A DNA stretch of 64,000 bases from Methanotrichaceae archaeon (GCA_963813075.1 CAWEXU010000010.1:67648-131647); one strand, 5' to 3'. Shown: positions 11,093 to 22,767, counted from the first letter of the stretch. The notes: generated by a model not told the origin, from the sequence alone. Program-made: numbers and translations.

Positions 11093-11566
11093 CTATAGAT
11101 CTTCAGCCGCAATTGAGCATCGTTGTTTGGCGCTGAATAGATCGCACAGTATTTGGTAATCGCTCACAGGAAAGCGGATGGATATGGATAATGTAAATCC
11201 GCATGCTTGTGAGGGGTTCAATTCTACAGTACCCGACTCCTGGTCAATGTATTCTCTCACATCGTGAGGATGGCCGGTATATTGCCAGCCTCCATTTAAA
11301 CCCATAATTCTGGGGTACAGCCAGTTATGGGCTCCAGGGTTGTTAATGGGATCAAAACCCGACACTATGCCTGCTAAAAATGCTTCTGCATCTTCGGCAG
11401 CGAGAAACTCGATCCATATGATGCCCGGCTTATTTTCTTGACAGGAATTGCAGGTGATGATACCGCAGCTCCAGATGGCTTCCAGCAGGGGTGCTATCCT
11501 TTCGTCCACCTCGATCATCGTGTTCGATCTAGGGTCGTGAATTGCGGTTTGCTTGTGCTCAGTCAA
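11093..11566 (-). CDS. Hypothetical protein
   Basis: 157-aa ORF with VDERIAPLLEAIW..GIITCNSCQ motif; purine-rich RBS-like sequence upstream. Confidence 0.65.
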   Translation of the reverse strand: MTEHKQTAIHDPRSNTMIEVDERIAPLLEAIWSCGIITCNSCQENKPGIIWIEFLAAEDAEAFLAGIVSGFDPINNPGAHNWLYPRIMGLNGGWQYTGHPHDVREYIDQESGTVELNPSQACGFTLSISIRFPVSDYQILCDLFSAKQRCSIAAEDL

Positions 11567-11812
11567 AATCCTTTAGCTCCTTTCATGAAAGCCTCTTTTC
11601 TTTGCACTATTATTAATCATCATAAATTAACATCATAATTACCATCTTAAATCCATCTCCCCTGCAGATGCATAAGTTTAGCTTATGCAGAGGTAACAGC
11701 TGCTAACTGCCAAAGCTGCAAATTGCCAAAAAGTTTAAAATCTGAAGGGCAGGTTGACGCCCCACCTGGCCGATTTATAGACGCAATTTCGGCCAGAACA
11801 GATATATCTAGT

Positions 11813-12016
11813 TCAGTACCTTCCAGAAGACCTGGCAGGTCTGTGCTTCTGGTAGCAATCGCTGCAATAAACGGGTCGTGATCCATCCGGCTTGAATGGA
11901 ACCTGGGTTTGCTTGCCGCATTCTGAGCAAGTTACGTCTGTCATTTCTCTCGGGCCACTGTTGTAGCCACCGCGACTGCCGGAGCTACCGCTGTTTTCGT
12001 ATTTTCTCTCAAACAT
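11813..12016 (-). CDS. CxxC-x17-CxxC zinc-ribbon protein
   Basis: PREMTDVTCSECGKQTQVPFKPDGSRPVYCSDCY. Confidence 0.92.
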   Translation of the reverse strand: MFERKYENSGSSGSRGGYNSGPREMTDVTCSECGKQTQVPFKPDGSRPVYCSDCYQKHRPARSSGRY

Positions 12017-12282
12017 TTTATTTCACGTACCTTTTGGATCGACTCAAAAGAATCGAACTCGCTACAAAAGACATCTCAACAAATCTCTTCGAATCGATGA
12101 AAATGTAACATCCCTTATAAGATCAATCAGGATGATATACCTGTCGGTAGAATTATGAAATCAGCGGAGGAAATTATGATACATTGAATTGATATACTCG
12201 AAGATATGTGGTGAGGAAATATCTGAAATACGGGGTCTGCTTTGGCAACTGAGGTAATTTCCCCGGCGAGAAGGATTAAAGC

Positions 12283-14691
12283 ATGAACGATCTGGATGGA
12301 CTCTCATACGCCGAAGCGGCGGAGCGGCAAAAGCAATACGGCCCCAATGCATTGCCCGAGACTAAAAATCGTTTTTTGCGGCTCATTCTGCGCCAGTTTT
12401 CCGGAATCTTCAATCTGCTCCTCTTAGGTGCAGCGGCGGTAACCTTTGCATTGGGCGAGGTTATTGACGGGACATTTATCCTATTTTTTGTGTTCCTTGG
12501 AACTGCACTGAATGTGTATCAGGAGTACAAATCAAATGCTGCAGCGGACAAGCTGAAATCCTATTTTGTTCGCTCGATTACCGTTCGGCGGGATGGCAAA
12601 GATCAAGAGGTCCCTGTGGCCGAGATCGTCCCGGGAGATATCCTGAACCTGGAATCCGGTGATATCGTCCCTGCGGATGCCATTGTTCGAAGGGCGCACA
12701 ATTTGCTGGTCGACGAGACGACCTTTACCGGCGAGAGTATTCCTGTATCCAAACTGGCTGCCGATTCGTCAATAAAGGAAGAGGACGATGATCACCGCCT
12801 CATGCAGGGTGTGGTGATTGTGCGCGGCAATGCCCTGGCCGAGGTCACTGCTACCGGCGAGAAAACCCGGTTTGCGGCAATTGCCAGGACCGCTTCCGAG
12901 GTTCAGGCGGAAAGCGAGCTCACAAAGGGCATCGACCGTATCAGCACCTTTATTCTGCGAACCACTATCATCACCCTGCTGTTTGTCGTCCTGGCAAATG
13001 TGCTGATCGAGGGCAAGGGCACGGATATTCCCCAGCTTCTAGTCTTCGCTATCGCCCTTGCGGTATCGGTCATTCCCGAGGCCCTGCCCCTGGTCCTGAC
13101 ATTTTCCCTCTCTCGCGGCGCCCTGCAGCTGGCCAAGAGGGATGTGATCGTCAAACGTCTCTCCTCTGTGCAGGACCTGGGATCAGTGAACCTCTTGTGC
13201 ACTGACAAGACCGGCACCATTACCGAGAACCGTCTGGTCCATAAGGGAGATTACATGGACCCGGACTCCCGCTACCATCCGCTGCTTTTAGCCCGCCTGG
13301 CAGCTCACGGCCTTATAGAGAGCAATCCGGAGCCATTTGACCGGGCCACTGACGAGGCCCTCACCCCTGAGCAGAAAAAAGAGCTGGAAGACTTCCAGAT
13401 CCTGCAAGAAGAGGCATTCGATCCCAGTCTACGCAGCAATGGATCGATATTGAGGCTGAAAGACGGCTCACAGCTTCACATCCGCCGGGGCAGCCCGGAG
13501 TACTTCTTCGAGCAGGGATTGATCGACAGGGAGCATCTTGGACCCTGGCTGGAGGACGAGGAGAGGCATGGCAGGAGGGTTTTGGGCGTCAGCTATGATG
13601 ATGGCCGCGGACCTAAATTCGCCGGTTTTGTCTCTTTTGTCGATAGCCTGAAGGCCACGACAATCGAGACCATCGAGCTGGCCAGACAGCTGAATGTGGC
13701 CATCACGATCATCACCGGCGATGCCCTGAAGGTGGCGGAAGCAGTGGGCTGGGAGGCCGGGCTGGTAGCAAGCAGCGATGAGGTCATGAGGGCGCAGGAT
13801 TTTTTGGCTCTCCCCACTCAGGAGAGGCACAAACTCATTGGCAAAATTCGTGTCTTCGCCCGCACCACTCCCGAGCAGAAGCTGGAGCTGATAGAGCTGC
13901 TCAAAGAGCAGTATACAGTCGGCTTTCTGGGAGAGGGGATTAACGATGCTCCCGCTCTAAAGGCGGCGCATGTCTCGATGGTGGTTCAATCGGCTGCAGA
14001 CGTGGCCAGGGAGACGGCAGACATCGTGCTGGTAAAAAACGACCTGAGGGTCATAGTCGATGGCATTCGTTTCGGGCGGGAGACACACGCCAACACCCTG
14101 AAATACATCCGGGCGACGCTTGTCTCCAACTTCGGCAACTTCTATGCCGTGGCCATAGGATCGCTATTAATCACCTTTTTGCCTATGCTGCCAAAGCAGC
14201 TGTTGCTACTCAATCTCCTATCGGATTTTCCGATGATGGCAATCGCCTTTGACCGGGTATCCGCACAGGAGGTGTCCCGGGCGCAAAGCTATGATTTCCG
14301 ATCGCTGTACATCACCTTTGTCACCTTGGGTTTGATCAGCACAGTCTTCGATTTCATATACTTCGGCCTGTTCTATCGCATTTCGCCGCAGGTCCTGCAG
14401 ACCAACTGGTTCATCGCCAGCGTGATCACCGAACTGCTGCTTATGGTATCTATTCGGTCTATGCTGCCAATCGAGAAGGCTGGCTGGCCGGCGCCGATGG
14501 TTGTGCTCATATCAGCAGCGGCCTTTGTAATCACCCTGGCACTTCCAATGATACCATGGACTGCCAGTCTCTTTGAGTTCACCAGGCCCACCTCAGCCCA
14601 TTTGGCTATCATTATGGGCCTGGCTGTGCTCTACCTCATCACAACTGAGATTGCAAAAAGGCCGATTGCCCGTTTCTTGAACAAGAGCTGA
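12283..14691 (+). CDS. Cation-transporting P-type ATPase (MgtA-like)
   Basis: TGES, IPEALP, DKTGT, ITGD and GEGINDAPAL motifs; multiple TM helices. Confidence 0.92.
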   Translation: MNDLDGLSYAEAAERQKQYGPNALPETKNRFLRLILRQFSGIFNLLLLGAAAVTFALGEVIDGTFILFFVFLGTALNVYQEYKSNAAADKLKSYFVRSITVRRDGKDQEVPVAEIVPGDILNLESGDIVPADAIVRRAHNLLVDETTFTGESIPVSKLAADSSIKEEDDDHRLMQGVVIVRGNALAEVTATGEKTRFAAIARTASEVQAESELTKGIDRISTFILRTTIITLLFVVLANVLIEGKGTDIPQLLVFAIALAVSVIPEALPLVLTFSLSRGALQLAKRDVIVKRLSSVQDLGSVNLLCTDKTGTITENRLVHKGDYMDPDSRYHPLLLARLAAHGLIESNPEPFDRATDEALTPEQKKELEDFQILQEEAFDPSLRSNGSILRLKDGSQLHIRRGSPEYFFEQGLIDREHLGPWLEDEERHGRRVLGVSYDDGRGPKFAGFVSFVDSLKATTIETIELARQLNVAITIITGDALKVAEAVGWEAGLVASSDEVMRAQDFLALPTQERHKLIGKIRVFARTTPEQKLELIELLKEQYTVGFLGEGINDAPALKAAHVSMVVQSAADVARETADIVLVKNDLRVIVDGIRFGRETHANTLKYIRATLVSNFGNFYAVAIGSLLITFLPMLPKQLLLLNLLSDFPMMAIAFDRVSAQEVSRAQSYDFRSLYITFVTLGLISTVFDFIYFGLFYRISPQVLQTNWFIASVITELLLMVSIRSMLPIEKAGWPAPMVVLISAAAFVITLALPMIPWTASLFEFTRPTSAHLAIIMGLAVLYLITTEIAKRPIARFLNKS

Positions 14692-14793
14692 GCGACGGGG
14701 CCAGCCGGCTCAGCTCAGCTGGCCTTGGACCATAGACCTCTGCTCTTTTCAGCTCTTTTGGGGCTGGCAGAGGTCCTTTACCCCATTTCCATT

Positions 14794-15219
14794 TCACTCC
14801 CCCATTATCTGCACTACCACCTTCCGGTGACGATTGCGATTATCCAGCTCCAGGAAGACGATCTGCTGCCAGGTGCCCAGCATAAGCTTCCGACCGCTGA
14901 AGGGCACCACCAGGCTGGGCCCGAGGAGCGAGGCGCGGATATGGGAGTGGCCGTTTCCATCATGCCAGCGCAGGTTATGGGCATAGTCCAGATCCTGGGG
15001 GGCAATTCTTTGCAGGGCATATCCCAGGTCTGCCACCAGACCATCCTCATACTCGATGGTGGTAACCGCTCCCGTCGCTCCGGGAACGAAGATCACCACC
15101 ACTCCTGCGTTCAGGGAAGTGCTATCCAGATTGTTCTGCACCTTTGCGGTTATGTCCACTATCTCGCCGCTATGGGTCTCAAAATCGATGTACTTTGTCT
15201 CGATCATGCTCGCTTCCAC
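14794..15219 (-). CDS. yjbQ: YjbQ/UPF0047 family protein
   Basis: GATGAVTTIE, DGNGHSHIRASLLG and LGTWQQIVFLELD motifs. Confidence 0.92.
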   Translation of the reverse strand: MEASMIETKYIDFETHSGEIVDITAKVQNNLDSTSLNAGVVVIFVPGATGAVTTIEYEDGLVADLGYALQRIAPQDLDYAHNLRWHDGNGHSHIRASLLGPSLVVPFSGRKLMLGTWQQIVFLELDNRNRHRKVVVQIMGE

Positions 15220-15291
15220 CAGATGGTGACCTGATTGGGGTCAAGATAATTGATAAAAGAATGGTATAAATGATATGAAAGGGATAAAAGG

Positions 15292-16155
15292 TTAAAAGGA
15301 GGATGCAGAGCTGGATGATGAGCTCATGGATCCTCCACCAGACATCATGCTGGTTGATTCTTTTGTGCTTATTCTTCCTTTTAGCCCTTGAGGCGCAGAG
15401 AGCTGAACAGGAGTGGAGGGGGTTGAGCTTCCAGCTGCATTTCCTGTGGCATATGCGCTTGATTCCTCTTTGGCATCTGCTGGCGGCTGCCTGAATATAT
15501 TCGAGGAGACGGAAAATGTGACCTCTCCGGACCGGCTGGATCCGTCTGCCATATAGGCGGTAAAGATGCCTGTTGAGAGAGAGGATAGGGATAGATTGAG
15601 CCGGTAAAGGTCCAGGACTCCCACGGGCATCACAATCAAGCTCAGCTTATCTCCTGATACCGAGCCGCTGACTGTGGCGGTTTTTGTTTCATTTCCTCTG
15701 GTTATCGCACCCTGGCCCATGACCATCTCATCATTCTGAACCAAATTCAGTATCATCTGCTCTTGAGGAGTGCCGCCCAGTTCGATTGACCATGTGCCGG
15801 TCACATTCACATTGTCGATAGAATTAACCGCATCCGTTTCTGTTACAGGCCCGGCTGAAAAGGATGGTTGTTGGCGGTCAGGTTTGCTGATAGGATTGGA
15901 CCCGGTTGTCACCCCTGCTCTCTCTGCAGCTAAAATAAGCTCTGGGGAAAGGGGCATGGACATCGATTCCCCCAGCTGGCCCGGATCGAGCGGGTCAGAT
16001 GCCCCGGCTTGAGCCTGCACCAGCAAAAAGACTACCGTCATCATCCCAATCAACAGCATATGGCCTTTAGTATTGGCAAATCCAAATTCTGAACCATATT
16101 TTTTATGGTCAGAACACTCTATTTCCTTTGCACCACACATATTCTCAGAACCCAA
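15292..16155 (-). CDS. Hypothetical secreted protein (true start probably downstream of 16155)
   Basis: Signal-like hydrophobic segment; NVTGTWSIEL beta-domain; Ser-rich tail. Confidence 0.65.
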   Translation of the reverse strand: MGSENMCGAKEIECSDHKKYGSEFGFANTKGHMLLIGMMTVVFLLVQAQAGASDPLDPGQLGESMSMPLSPELILAAERAGVTTGSNPISKPDRQQPSFSAGPVTETDAVNSIDNVNVTGTWSIELGGTPQEQMILNLVQNDEMVMGQGAITRGNETKTATVSGSVSGDKLSLIVMPVGVLDLYRLNLSLSSLSTGIFTAYMADGSSRSGEVTFSVSSNIFRQPPADAKEESSAYATGNAAGSSTPSTPVQLSAPQGLKGRISTKESTSMMSGGGSMSSSSSSASSF

Positions 16156-16375
16156 ACCCAGGATTCTGCTATTACTATATGACGATTTTGGTATAGCAAA
16201 ATGTCGAAGATACTATCCCACCGCCGGCCGCTGCAAGTCTTCTAAAGGCTTGCGGGATCCGGACAGGCGACAAGCCGAAAACTCAGGAGGGCACTGGGCC
16301 GCTAAAAACACCCTGGAAGATCCTCCTCACATCTCCTCAGAACATTTCTATACCTTGCAGCATAGCATCATTGTC

Positions 16376-16675
16376 ATGATAGTAGCCGAATTCTCCATGG
16401 TCCCCATGGGATCGGGAACCAGTGCCGGAGATTACATCAAAGCCGTACACGACATCCTGAAAGAGACTGGGGTTACGTTTATTCCCGGGCCGATGTCCAC
16501 GGCAGTGCAGGCCAATAGCCTCCAGGAGCTCTTCGCGCTGGTGGAAAAGGCCAATCACAGGCTTGTGCAGATGGGCGTCCAGAGGATAATCACCTCCATA
16601 AGAATAGACATGCGTTTGGACAGGGAGATCTCTCTGGAGTCCAAGCTGTCCCGACTTGAGGCTGGCCAACAATAG
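16376..16675 (+). CDS. MTH1187/YkoF-like thiamine-binding protein
   Basis: MIVAEFSMVPMG...GPMST...RIITSIRIDMR. Confidence 0.88.
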   Translation: MIVAEFSMVPMGSGTSAGDYIKAVHDILKETGVTFIPGPMSTAVQANSLQELFALVEKANHRLVQMGVQRIITSIRIDMRLDREISLESKLSRLEAGQQ

Positions 16676-16904
16676 TCCCATGCCATTCGCGAAGATAGTT
16701 TTATCTTTGAATAGATATTAAGACACTGATGCCGATTTAGCCATGTGCTCAACCAACTTTTTAAAATTATTTTTAATCAAATATATTTCCCAATGGAAAA
16801 CTTTTTAATATTTCAGAGAGCAATGAGATGCAACAGTCTCCTCTGCCACTTGATTATCCTGATAGGTGAGATCAAAATTATGCATTGAATGAGGCAAAAT
16901 TATT

Positions 16905-19433
16905 ATGAAACCATTGCTGCAAAACCGGACCCCGACGATGGAATTCCATACAGATGCCGATCAGGCAACTGAGCCCTTATCTTCAAATGAGCTGGATTGT
17001 GCCTATCGCTTAATCATCGAGTCCATGGATGAGGGAGCAGTCATACTTTCCGCGGAGGGGAATATTCTCTACTCCAACTGCCGCTTTGCGCAGATGGTGA
17101 AATCACCCCCTGAAGAATTGAACGGCTGCTATATCTTTAGCTTCATCTCGCCCATAAGCCGGGCAGAGATTCAAAGACATGTGAACGGAGAGGATTCCGG
17201 ATGGTGTGAGCTGTCTCTCCAGGCTCTTGACGGCAGCGTTCTCCCCGTCCTGACAGTCATTCTTTCCCTATCAATCGGCAAACCAGATGCCCCCATGGTT
17301 GCCATTTTTAGGGATTTAACCTATCAGATGCAGACTGCTTGCCTGGCCGCAGCCGAAAGGCTGGCCCGTTCCATCATAGAGCAGGCAACAGAGGCCATTG
17401 TGGTCTGCGATGACGGGGGAAAAATCGTCAGAGCGAGCGATGTCGCCGCTCTGATCTGTGGGCGGGACCCGGATGGGCTCTGCTTTGAGGAATCTTTCGA
17501 TCTGCGCCAATCGAACGGAGAGCTCATCTCTCCAGTCAAGATCGCCCTTGAGGGAAGGATCATGCTCAAGTCCGAGGCCAGATTGCGTTGCTGCAATGGC
17601 AAGCTCTTTCAGTTGCTCGTGAGCGCCGGGCCACTGAGGGACTCCAGGGAAGAGGTCATTGGGTGCGTAATCACCCTCTTTGACATCACTGAGCAGAAGG
17701 TGATGGAAGACGAGCTGCGACGGGCGCGGGACGAGCTGGAAACGAGGGTCGGGGAGAGGACGGCCGCCCTGTCACAGGCTAAAGAGGAGCTGGAACGCAC
17801 AAATGAGGATCTGCTCATTGAGATCGAGGAGCATAAAGAGACGGAGCGCGCCCTGATCAGAGCGAAAGAGGCGGCGGAAGCGGCTGCCCAGGCCAAGTCC
17901 GACTTCATGGCCAATATGAGCCACGAGATTCGAACCCCCATGAATGCGATCATCGGGATGACCTCTATCCTGATCGATGATGAGGATCTCAACTCTGAGC
18001 AGAGGGATTTTATAGAGACCATCCGGGTCAATGGTGATGCTCTGATGGTGATCATCAATGATATCCTGGACTTTTCCAAGATGGAGAGCGAAAAGGCGGT
18101 CCTGGAGGAGCAGCCCTTCGAGCTGCGAGGCAATCTCGAAGAGGCTTTCGGCCTCGTCTCGGCCAGAGCCAGGGATAAGGACCTGAAGCTGAGCTATGTG
18201 ATAAGCGAGAATGTGCCTGAGCATATCATCGCCGACCCCAACAGGCTGCGCCAGATCCTGGGAAACCTGCTTCATAATGCCATCAAATTCACTGAACAGG
18301 GCGAGGTAAAGCTATCCGTGTGGGCAGAGGAGGCTTTTGAATCAGGCTCAGCATCTGGATCATATGAGGTCCATTTTTCGGTCCAGGATACGGGAATAGG
18401 CATCCGAGAGGATCAAATGAACCTCCTCTTTCAGCCATTTTCCCAGGTCGATGCCACAGTCACCCGCGAGTATGGAGGAACGGGCCTGGGACTGGCCATC
18501 AGCAAGAAGCTGGTGGAGATGATGGGGGGAGAGATCTGGGTGGAAAGCCAGATCGGCAGGGGTTCGACCTTTCACTTCTCCATCCGGGCGGATGCCGCCC
18601 AGGAAGGTCAGAGCTCATTGATCGGGGTCCAGCCCCACCTGGCAGGAAAGAGCGTTCTGATCGTGGAGGATAACCGGGCCTGTCGCCATATACTGGGAGG
18701 TTATGCCTACTCCTGGGGAATGTCGCCTCTGATTGCCGCTTCGGCTAAGGATGCGCTCCGGTGGATTCAAAGAGGGGACCGATTTGATGTCGCCATCCTG
18801 GATTTCAACATGCCACAGATGGATGGAATGACGGTGGCAAACGAGATCCGGAAATACGATAAGTCCATTCCACTGATCATGTTGACCTCCATGGGCCAGC
18901 AATTAAGCTCAGGCATCTTCGATGCCCACCTGTTCAAGCCCATAAAGCCGTCTCAATTGCATAAGATCCTGACCCAAATCTTCGTAATCCGGGAGAGCCA
19001 AAAGCCGGCCAGGCCTCACCGGGGGGATGAGGAGGAAAAGGTCCAGATCAAACACCTCAAGATACTGCTGGCTGAGGACAATGTATCCAGCCAGAAGGTG
19101 GCGCTTCAGATGCTCAAGCACCTGGGCTACCGGGCAGATGTGGCGGCAAATGGCATTGAGGTGCTGCAGGCACTTGAACGCCAGCCTTATGATCTGGTGT
19201 TCATGGATGTCAGGATGCCGGAGATGAACGGCCTGGAGGCCACCAGCATCATCCGCCAGCGCTGGCCGGATAGCGGCCCCTCAATAATCGCAATTACCGC
19301 TTATGCTCTGGAAGGAGATCGGGAGAAGTGCCTCGATGCGGGCATGGACGGATATATCAAAAAGCCCATCAGAATAGAGGATCTGCTAGAGCAACTGAGC
19401 GGCATAGAGCCCAGGTGTTGTGACAGTGATTGA
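16905..19433 (+). CDS. PAS-domain hybrid sensor histidine kinase with two receiver domains
   Basis: [15 protein letters not shown]-box, NAIKFT, DTGIG and GGTGLGL; two REC domains (ILDFNMP, FMDVRMP). Confidence 0.95.
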   Translation: MKPLLQNRTPTMEFHTDADQATEPLSSNELDCAYRLIIESMDEGAVILSAEGNILYSNCRFAQMVKSPPEELNGCYIFSFISPISRAEIQRHVNGEDSGWCELSLQALDGSVLPVLTVILSLSIGKPDAPMVAIFRDLTYQMQTACLAAAERLARSIIEQATEAIVVCDDGGKIVRASDVAALICGRDPDGLCFEESFDLRQSNGELISPVKIALEGRIMLKSEARLRCCNGKLFQLLVSAGPLRDSREEVIGCVITLFDITEQKVMEDELRRARDELETRVGERTAALSQAKEELERTNEDLLIEIEEHKETERALIRAKEAAEAAAQAKSDFMANMSHEIRTPMNAIIGMTSILIDDEDLNSEQRDFIETIRVNGDALMVIINDILDFSKMESEKAVLEEQPFELRGNLEEAFGLVSARARDKDLKLSYVISENVPEHIIADPNRLRQILGNLLHNAIKFTEQGEVKLSVWAEEAFESGSASGSYEVHFSVQDTGIGIREDQMNLLFQPFSQVDATVTREYGGTGLGLAISKKLVEMMGGEIWVESQIGRGSTFHFSIRADAAQEGQSSLIGVQPHLAGKSVLIVEDNRACRHILGGYAYSWGMSPLIAASAKDALRWIQRGDRFDVAILDFNMPQMDGMTVANEIRKYDKSIPLIMLTSMGQQLSSGIFDAHLFKPIKPSQLHKILTQIFVIRESQKPARPHRGDEEEKVQIKHLKILLAEDNVSSQKVALQMLKHLGYRADVAANGIEVLQALERQPYDLVFMDVRMPEMNGLEATSIIRQRWPDSGPSIIAITAYALEGDREKCLDAGMDGYIKKPIRIEDLLEQLSGIEPRCCDSD

Positions 19434-19487
19434 TGACAGTGATAATTGAGAGAAAATGATACATACCTCCGGCGCAAACCTGGGATT

Positions 19488-19967
19488 ATGATGAATTCGG
19501 CTCGAACGATCTATATGACTACATCGATTCTCATTCTCCTGGCCTGTGCAGCCGCTTCCGCCATCTCTTCAACAGATCCAGTATGCCCAAATGAAACAAC
19601 TCAGTGCAATGGAAGCTGCATTAATGAGACCATTCCCTGCAATCAGACCTGTCCGGATGGCGCAATTCTGTGCAATGGAACATGTGTCGATACATCAACA
19701 GAAGCTCAGAACTGCGGAGAATGCGGAAATGTATGCTCTTTGGGCACGTTCTGCATCAAGGGAAATTGCAGCTGCATGGCGGGTCTGGTCCTGTGCAATA
19801 AGACCTGCACGGACACGAGCATCGATCCACGGAACTGTGGTGAATGCGGAAACGTCTGTCCGGGATTTGCGATCTGCAATCAGGGAGCCTGTTCGAATGC
19901 GCCCCCCGAGATATGCATCGATGGCGATTGTTCTTATCCGATCATTGTCCAGCACCGGAGGCTATGA
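19488..19967 (+). CDS. Secreted Cys-rich repeat protein (Stig1-like CxDxxxxxxNCGxCGxxC repeats)
   Basis: Signal peptide; two NCGECGNVC repeats. Confidence 0.75.
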   Translation: MMNSARTIYMTTSILILLACAAASAISSTDPVCPNETTQCNGSCINETIPCNQTCPDGAILCNGTCVDTSTEAQNCGECGNVCSLGTFCIKGNCSCMAGLVLCNKTCTDTSIDPRNCGECGNVCPGFAICNQGACSNAPPEICIDGDCSYPIIVQHRRL

Positions 19968-19991
19968 AGCTGATAGTTCATGTTACAATCG

Positions 19992-20525
19992 CTATGGCTC
20001 AGCATCTTCAAAGCTCTGATCAATGTCAAAACCAGTCCCCATCTCTCTTATAAACGAGTTGAGCTTTAAGATGGGGACGATCGGGACGCATTCATAGGAT
20101 TTGACCTCCTCCTCGATCAGGGTAACCACAACTGCATGAGCCTCCGTTCCGGTCAGCATCCGGTAGAATTCGCATCGCTCCTTATGCTGTTTTATCGCTC
20201 GTTTCAATGCCGATAATCGGGGTCGATGGGCTCCCCATTTCTTGCACTCCACCAGAATCGTTCGGTCATTGTTCCGGGCAATGACATCATATTGCCTGCG
20301 CTTTCTTTTCAGGGTTTTCACTTTATTTATCTCCACTGAAAAGTCGTTCTCTTCAAAGATGTAGGCAGCAAGTCTTTCAAAGTTCTGCCAGATGACAATA
20401 AATGAAGCCCTCTCCAGATCGGCAATGGATTTTATCTGGGCAAAATCGGAGATCTCCTTCTCCTCTTTCTGCTCTCCTTTCCAGCTGGCGACAAATGGGA
20501 TTGAGCTCAGTATTTTGGGCTCCAT
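19992..20525 (-). CDS. PD-(D/E)xK restriction-endonuclease-like (Mrr/NERD-like) protein
   Basis: WQNFERL...QYDVIA...LVECKKW. Confidence 0.8.
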   Translation of the reverse strand: MEPKILSSIPFVASWKGEQKEEKEISDFAQIKSIADLERASFIVIWQNFERLAAYIFEENDFSVEINKVKTLKRKRRQYDVIARNNDRTILVECKKWGAHRPRLSALKRAIKQHKERCEFYRMLTGTEAHAVVVTLIEEEVKSYECVPIVPILKLNSFIREMGTGFDIDQSFEDAEP

Positions 20526-20721
20526 AATAAGAGCTAGGGGTCCTGCGATATATAGAAGTCGATATTTAAAGTCTTAAGTGTGTTGTCTTCGTTGTGCAGT
20601 CTTCAGTGTGTAGCATTCAGCAATATTCATATATCAGATGGCCGGAACATATATGCTGGCAGGTGCAGTAGATGGTGAATATGGTTTGCGAGATTGCGGG
20701 CCAGGATGGAGGGCGTTGGTC

Positions 20722-22767
20722 ATGTCGTCAAAGCTGATTGCATCCCTCTGCCCCTATTGTGCGGTGGGCTGCGGCCTTTTCATTCGGGTCGATAAGGGAA
20801 GAGCCACTGGTATCGAATATATGACAGACCACCCAACCAGTGCCGGAGCCCTCTGCCCCAAAGGAAACTCCGTCCTGGAGCTCTTGGACAACCAGGAACG
20901 CCTCAAGCATCCTATGAAGAGGTCTGGGAGCGATTTCGTTCCCATCAGCTGGGACGAGGCCCTGGACCTGGTGGCTCAGGGTCTATCGAGGAACCTTGAC
21001 CGCTACGGTCCAGAATCTTTAGGCTTTCTCGCCTCCTCCCGCACCAACAACGAGGAGAACTACCTGATGCAGAAGATGGCCCGGCTTTTGGGATCGCCCA
21101 ATGTGGATAACTGCGCCCGGCTATGCCATTCTCCCACGGTGATGGGTCTGGGGGCTACCTTTGGCGCCGGTGCCATGACCAACAACCTTCCCGACCTGGA
21201 AAACTCCAAATGCATCTTCGCCATCGGCACAAACTTCACCGAGGCTCATCCGGTCGTATCTCGCTGGGTGCAGAGGGCAAAGGACAATGGAGCGGTGGTT
21301 ATAGTAGCCGATCCCAGGATCACATCCACCACCTGGATGGCGGACATCCACCTCCGCCTGAAACCTGGGTCCGATATCGACCTGCTCCGGGCGATGATGA
21401 AGGTCATCGTGGATGAAAAGCTGGAAGATGCTGACTTTATCGGCTCCCGCACCACCGGTTATGAGAAGCTCAAAGAGGGCCTGTCGGACTTCTCTATGAA
21501 AGAGGCAGCAGAAAAGACGGGCCTTTCCATCGAGCAGATCACAAAGGCGGCCAGAACTTATGCAAAGTCCTCCTGCTCGGCACTGCTGTACTCCATGGGC
21601 ATCACCCAGCATGTCTCCGGTACGGACAACGTCATGACCTGCGCCACCCTCGCCCTCATATGCGGCCAGATAGCAAGGCCTGGAGCCGGGGTCTGGCCTA
21701 TGCGCGGCCAGAACAATGTCCAGGGGAACTGCGATGTGGGAGGAATGCCGGAGTTTTATCCCGGATACAAGAAATCAGTGGATCCCGAGACGGTTGAATT
21801 CTTCAAAGCGGCCTGGAATGCCATTGATCTCCCCTCAGGTCCCGGCCTGACCTCGACCGAGATGAACGATGCGGCAATGGAGGGAAGGCTAAAGGCCCTT
21901 TACATCACTGGCGAAGATCCCATTGTATGCGACGCCAATGTCACGAAGACCCGCCGCGCTCTGGAGAGCCTGGATTTCCTGGTGGTACAGGAGATATTCA
22001 TGACTCCCACCGCTAAAATGGCAGACGTCGTCTTGCCTGCTGCCGCCTGGGCGGAGAAGAGCGGCAGCTACACCTCTATGGAAAGGAGAGTGCAATGGAT
22101 TGACCGGGCCATAGAGCCGCCCGGGGAGGCGAAAGAAGGCATCTGGATCATCTGCCAGATCGCCAGGAGGCTGGGACTGGGCGAGCAGATGGCCTATGAT
22201 AATGCCTCCCAGGTGTTAGAGGAGATACGTCGTCTGGTGCCTCAATACGGGGGGATGAGCAAAGAGAGGATCTCCAGGGTAGGTGGGGTCCTATGGCCCT
22301 GCCCGGATGAGCTGCATCCCGGAACGGATATCCTGCACACCCAGAGGTTCTCGACCCCCGACGGCAGGGCGAGGATCTTCGATCTGGAAAACACTCCACC
22401 GGGAGAGGTCACAAACTCAGAGTATCCCATTCTGCTGAGCACGGGCAGGATTGTGCTGCAGTATAACAGCGGCTCCATGACCATGCGCAGTCAGTCGCTA
22501 AAGGAGCGCGAGCCAGAACTCTATGTGCAGATCAATCCTCTGGATGCAACAAAGCTCCTGATCGCTGAAGGCGATAGGGTGGCAGTGATAACCCGGCGGG
22601 GAGAGGCTGAGGCTCATGCCAGGATCACAGATGGGGTAATGCCCGGGATGGCCTTCATGCCTTTCCATTATCACGGGACCAACCTCCTTACATCCGACGC
22701 CCTTGACCCCGTATCCAGGATCCCGGAGTACAAGATGGCTGCTTGCCGGATAGAGTCAAGGGCCTGA
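20722..22767 (+). CDS. fdhF: Formate dehydrogenase alpha subunit (Mo/W-bisPGD, Cys ligand)
   Basis: CPYCAVGC, LCPKG, DNCARLCHSP, RGQNNVQG and PEYK motifs. Confidence 0.94.
   Translation: MSSKLIASLCPYCAVGCGLFIRVDKGRATGIEYMTDHPTSAGALCPKGNSVLELLDNQERLKHPMKRSGSDFVPISWDEALDLVAQGLSRNLDRYGPESLGFLASSRTNNEENYLMQKMARLLGSPNVDNCARLCHSPTVMGLGATFGAGAMTNNLPDLENSKCIFAIGTNFTEAHPVVSRWVQRAKDNGAVVIVADPRITSTTWMADIHLRLKPGSDIDLLRAMMKVIVDEKLEDADFIGSRTTGYEKLKEGLSDFSMKEAAEKTGLSIEQITKAARTYAKSSCSALLYSMGITQHVSGTDNVMTCATLALICGQIARPGAGVWPMRGQNNVQGNCDVGGMPEFYPGYKKSVDPETVEFFKAAWNAIDLPSGPGLTSTEMNDAAMEGRLKALYITGEDPIVCDANVTKTRRALESLDFLVVQEIFMTPTAKMADVVLPAAAWAEKSGSYTSMERRVQWIDRAIEPPGEAKEGIWIICQIARRLGLGEQMAYDNASQVLEEIRRLVPQYGGMSKERISRVGGVLWPCPDELHPGTDILHTQRFSTPDGRARIFDLENTPPGEVTNSEYPILLSTGRIVLQYNSGSMTMRSQSLKEREPELYVQINPLDATKLLIAEGDRVAVITRRGEAEAHARITDGVMPGMAFMPFHYHGTNLLTSDALDPVSRIPEYKMAACRIESRA

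Noticed and set aside
16073..16375. N-terminal extension of the MTH1187-family ORF (likewise 33180-33350 for the oxidoreductase)
   Set aside because: The family domain starts at the downstream ATG; the extension is intergenic or overlaps the divergent gene.
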